Assembly: GCA_965240325.2 (NCBI GenBank) | Contig: OZ251229.1 | Span: forward strand, 1,240,001-1,304,000 | DNA: 64,000 nt | DNA from: Rebecca billardiae RCC1528 | Taxonomy: Eukaryota > Protista > Haptophyta | Direction of reading: 5' to 3' | Part shown: positions 61,479 to 64,000 of the stretch, in pieces | Numbering within the stretch: the stretch's first letter is position 1 | How the letters are laid out: each line of letters starts with the position of its first letter | Notes under the pieces: generated by a model | Database searches by the model: none | The model's input: only the letters and a program-made list of their open reading frames with translations | What the model was told of the DNA's origin: nothing | Program-made: the position numbers and the translations under genes

Positions 61479-63379
61479 TTGATGAAGTCGTGGTGGCCTG
61501 GTATGTGGCGCGCGGCGCTGACGGTCACAGAGCTGTAGGCCAGCGGGGCGAGCCCTGCATTCCGGTAGGACCGGGGTGAATGCAGCATTGCCGGGTGCAA
61601 CCCGGCAATGCCCGCCTGAATGGTACATAAAACCCGATCGTACGATGACATCGGTTCGCTAAAACGGCCACTAGGGGGTTGGGTGATGACAAGGGCCCTT
61701 GGTGATGAGATCTGAAGAGATTCGGACTTGTTTAGCGGTACAGTACAAACCACCTCACAAGAAGCATCGCCAAATAACCCCGTAACCCCACCCCGAAGAT
61801 TCTTGCACGGCTAGAAAGCGGGCGCATCATTGCCAATCACTTTACTTGGGCTTGATTACAAGCTCAGCGGTCCGTTAAATTGAGGGAGGCCATTTGTGTA
61901 TGTGAGGAGCGGGGGAGGGGTGACGAGAAGATCCCTCCCACCCCTATCAATCTCACCCTATCTCATCATCACCTCCTCGTCATAGGTGCTTGATTAAAAC
62001 CGGTCAGCTCGCTCGGAGATCGACCCCGCTCCTCAAATGCGTTGATTGCTTCCTCGTACAGTATCCGTACCGCGCGCTGAAACTTATAATTACAACATCG
62101 TAACCGGAAGCCTGAACATTTCATATACATATGGTATCGTACCAGTACCCCCGGCCACTCATCAAGTCATCGGGAGCCTGAAATTCCCTAGAGATGATAT
62201 CGTACTTATTCTATGATTTAACGACGCAGGTAGGACGACGCGGGTCTCCTGCCGATTCGTCGGCGGCGGCAGTGCCCGATCATCAGTACCAATTCTATGA
62301 TTTAAAGATACAGGCACGAGGGCGGCAGACGCGCCGTTTATGAGTAATAAATCATGCTTTGAGGTGCGCTTTCTTAACTTTTTGCGACGACGATTTCCCG
62401 CCCGTCCCGTTCTGCGATCGTGCTCACAACCCGGGGTCGAGGCGCATGACGGGCTTTGCCGTGCACGTCGCGCCCGTGCTCGCGGCTCATGCACGCCTCA
62501 CGACCGAGACGCATGTCTTGCGCGCCCTCCTTTGGCTCGCACTGCGCTCTCCTCGCCGACAGCCTTGTGATCACGCGCGCCGCCATTTCAACCGGTTGCT
62601 GGCCTGCCAGCTGTCGAGCGTGTGTGCGCGGTCTGATCGATGTCGGCATGGCTGCCGGCGAAGCAGTAATGTTGAGTACACCCATACCCATCTCGCAGAA
62701 GCGAAAAAGCCGACCTTCGAATGCCCCAGGGGCGCACGCGTGCCCATCACGCTCGTCGGACAGGCCTTCTCCAGAACTGCGCTTGCCATCCGGCAGGTCT
62801 CTGCGCGCGGAGAGGGCGGCGAGGGCGTCGACGAGGCGGCACGATTGCTGCCTACGGGTCTTCGAGCCCCCACAAAGTGCCCGCGCACGGCTGTCACGCC
62901 CGCATGCGGCCTTGGGAGCGCTGCGCAGGCGGGCCCTCGCGTCGCCCAGTGCTCGCCATCCCGTTTTGGGCCGGGCTTGTTTTGCAAGCCGGAAGCCGGA
63001 AGCCCGCGGGCCCACACTGCCCGCACCGACTCGGCAAGGGAGGTCCCTTGGACTCGCGGTCGCGTCCGTGTTACCAGCTGGACAGTGTTCATCACTGACG
63101 AGGATGAGAGTCTGACGATTCGCAGTCCGGCGCCCGGACACGGGCGGCGCCACGGCGGAGCCGCGGGCGGCGCGCCGCGGCCGCCGCGCGGCCGCGCGCC
63201 CCCGCCCGGGTCCCGGGGCGCCGAGACTTCTGTCGGCTGTCCGCTGCTGTCTGAGTAGTGAGTAGTGAGTGACTCGCATTTAGAATTAGATTTATACTTA
63301 CAGGAGTAATGACGAGTGTTCCCGAACACGTATGAGACTGGTCATCTGCGCTCGAGTGAGTCTTGTCCCGTGGGCGGCG

Positions 63380-64000
63380 TCATCCATCGCCGCCTTGCTT
63401 GAGCTTGTCGTGCTGCGCCTTCCAGTGCGTCGCGGCCTTTCGCAGCTTGGCGACCATCTCGTTGGCCTTCGCCAGCTCCGCCTCGAGCGTGGCGACCCGC
63501 TCGGCGCCCGGCGGCGGGGCGGCCGCCGTGCCCGGCGCGGCGGCGGCGGCGGCGGTCGCGGCTGCGGCGGTGGGCGCGACTGCCGCGCGCGTGGCGGCCG
63601 CAGGCGCGGCGGCGGGCGGCGGCTGCTGCGGCCGCCGCCGCTGCTGCTCAGCCTCTTGCTGCAGCGCCTGCAGCCTCTGCTGCAGCTTGCGCGAGATCTC
63701 GAGCGACTTTGCGAGGCGCGCGCGCTCGGCGCTGAGCTCGGCCGCCGCCGCGACCGCTCGCTCCGTGCTCGCGCGCGCGCGCTCCTCCGCGTCCGCCGCG
63801 CGCCGCTCGGGGTCGGCGAGCTCGGCTGCCGGCGGCGCGTCCGCGTCGGCGGCCACGGCGGCGGTATTGGCGAGGTCCGCCGCCTCGCGTGCCGCCTCCG
63901 CCTCGGCCTCGGCCACGCCCAGCTCGGTCGAGAGCGTGCTCGTGAGCGCGGCGCCGACCGCCTCCAGCGCCGCGCGCGCCTCGGCGAGCTGCGCCTCGGC
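63380..64000 (-). CDS. 3' end of a coiled-coil protein (5' part outside the window)
   Basis: Open frame runs to the window edge; heptad-rich (ERVATLEAELAKANEMVAKLRKAATHWKAQHDKLK). Confidence 0.7.
   Translation of the reverse strand, partial: AEAQLAEARAALEAVGAALTSTLSTELGVAEAEAEAAREAADLANTAAVAADADAPPAAELADPERRAADAEERARASTERAVAAAAELSAERARLAKSLEISRKLQQRLQALQQEAEQQRRRPQQPPPAAAPAAATRAAVAPTAAAATAAAAAAPGTAAAPPPGAERVATLEAELAKANEMVAKLRKAATHWKAQHDKLKQGGDG

Noticed and set aside
62162-63329. Several overlapping 200-300 aa ORFs
   Set aside because: No recognisable motifs and no host-like codon pattern; likely non-coding or decayed repeat.

Overview
Very GC-rich eukaryotic nuclear DNA with short GC-rich GT-AG and GC-AG introns. 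The style suggests a haptophyte microalga such as Pavlovales/Diacronema, but that is inference only. Bases 1-23 kb are a nested repeat region. It holds two related families (called X and Y here) of non-autonomous elements that insert between A and T with no target-site duplication. They start TGGC, end TCA, and carry an asymmetric 11-12 bp inverted repeat plus a GNA-loop hairpin flush with the 3' end, resembling rolling-circle Helitron2/Helentron elements. The same region has several MITEs with target-site duplications, a decayed HTH-psq/USP-protease ORF, and a tandem segmental duplication carrying two EsV-1-7 Cys-rich repeat genes whose 38-aa modules are reshuffled and hypervariable at defined positions. 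Bases 24-58 kb are mostly gene-dense: small secreted Cys-rich protein, CK1-like kinase, ZGRF1-like helicase, LSD1-like demethylase, bestrophin, EF-hand protein, exportin-1, ALDH3, MTR4, SPF45 and an R2R3-MYB. A TIR-element cluster sits at 38.8-41.9 kb and a 100-bp palindromic element lies inside a (TA)n tract at 44.4 kb. At 58.5-60.5 kb is a 2-kb foldback structure whose two ends are outward-pointing (GCCAGTGTGT)n arrays. Most long ORFs in the supplied track are GC-rich shadow ORFs. All coordinates and alignments were read by eye.
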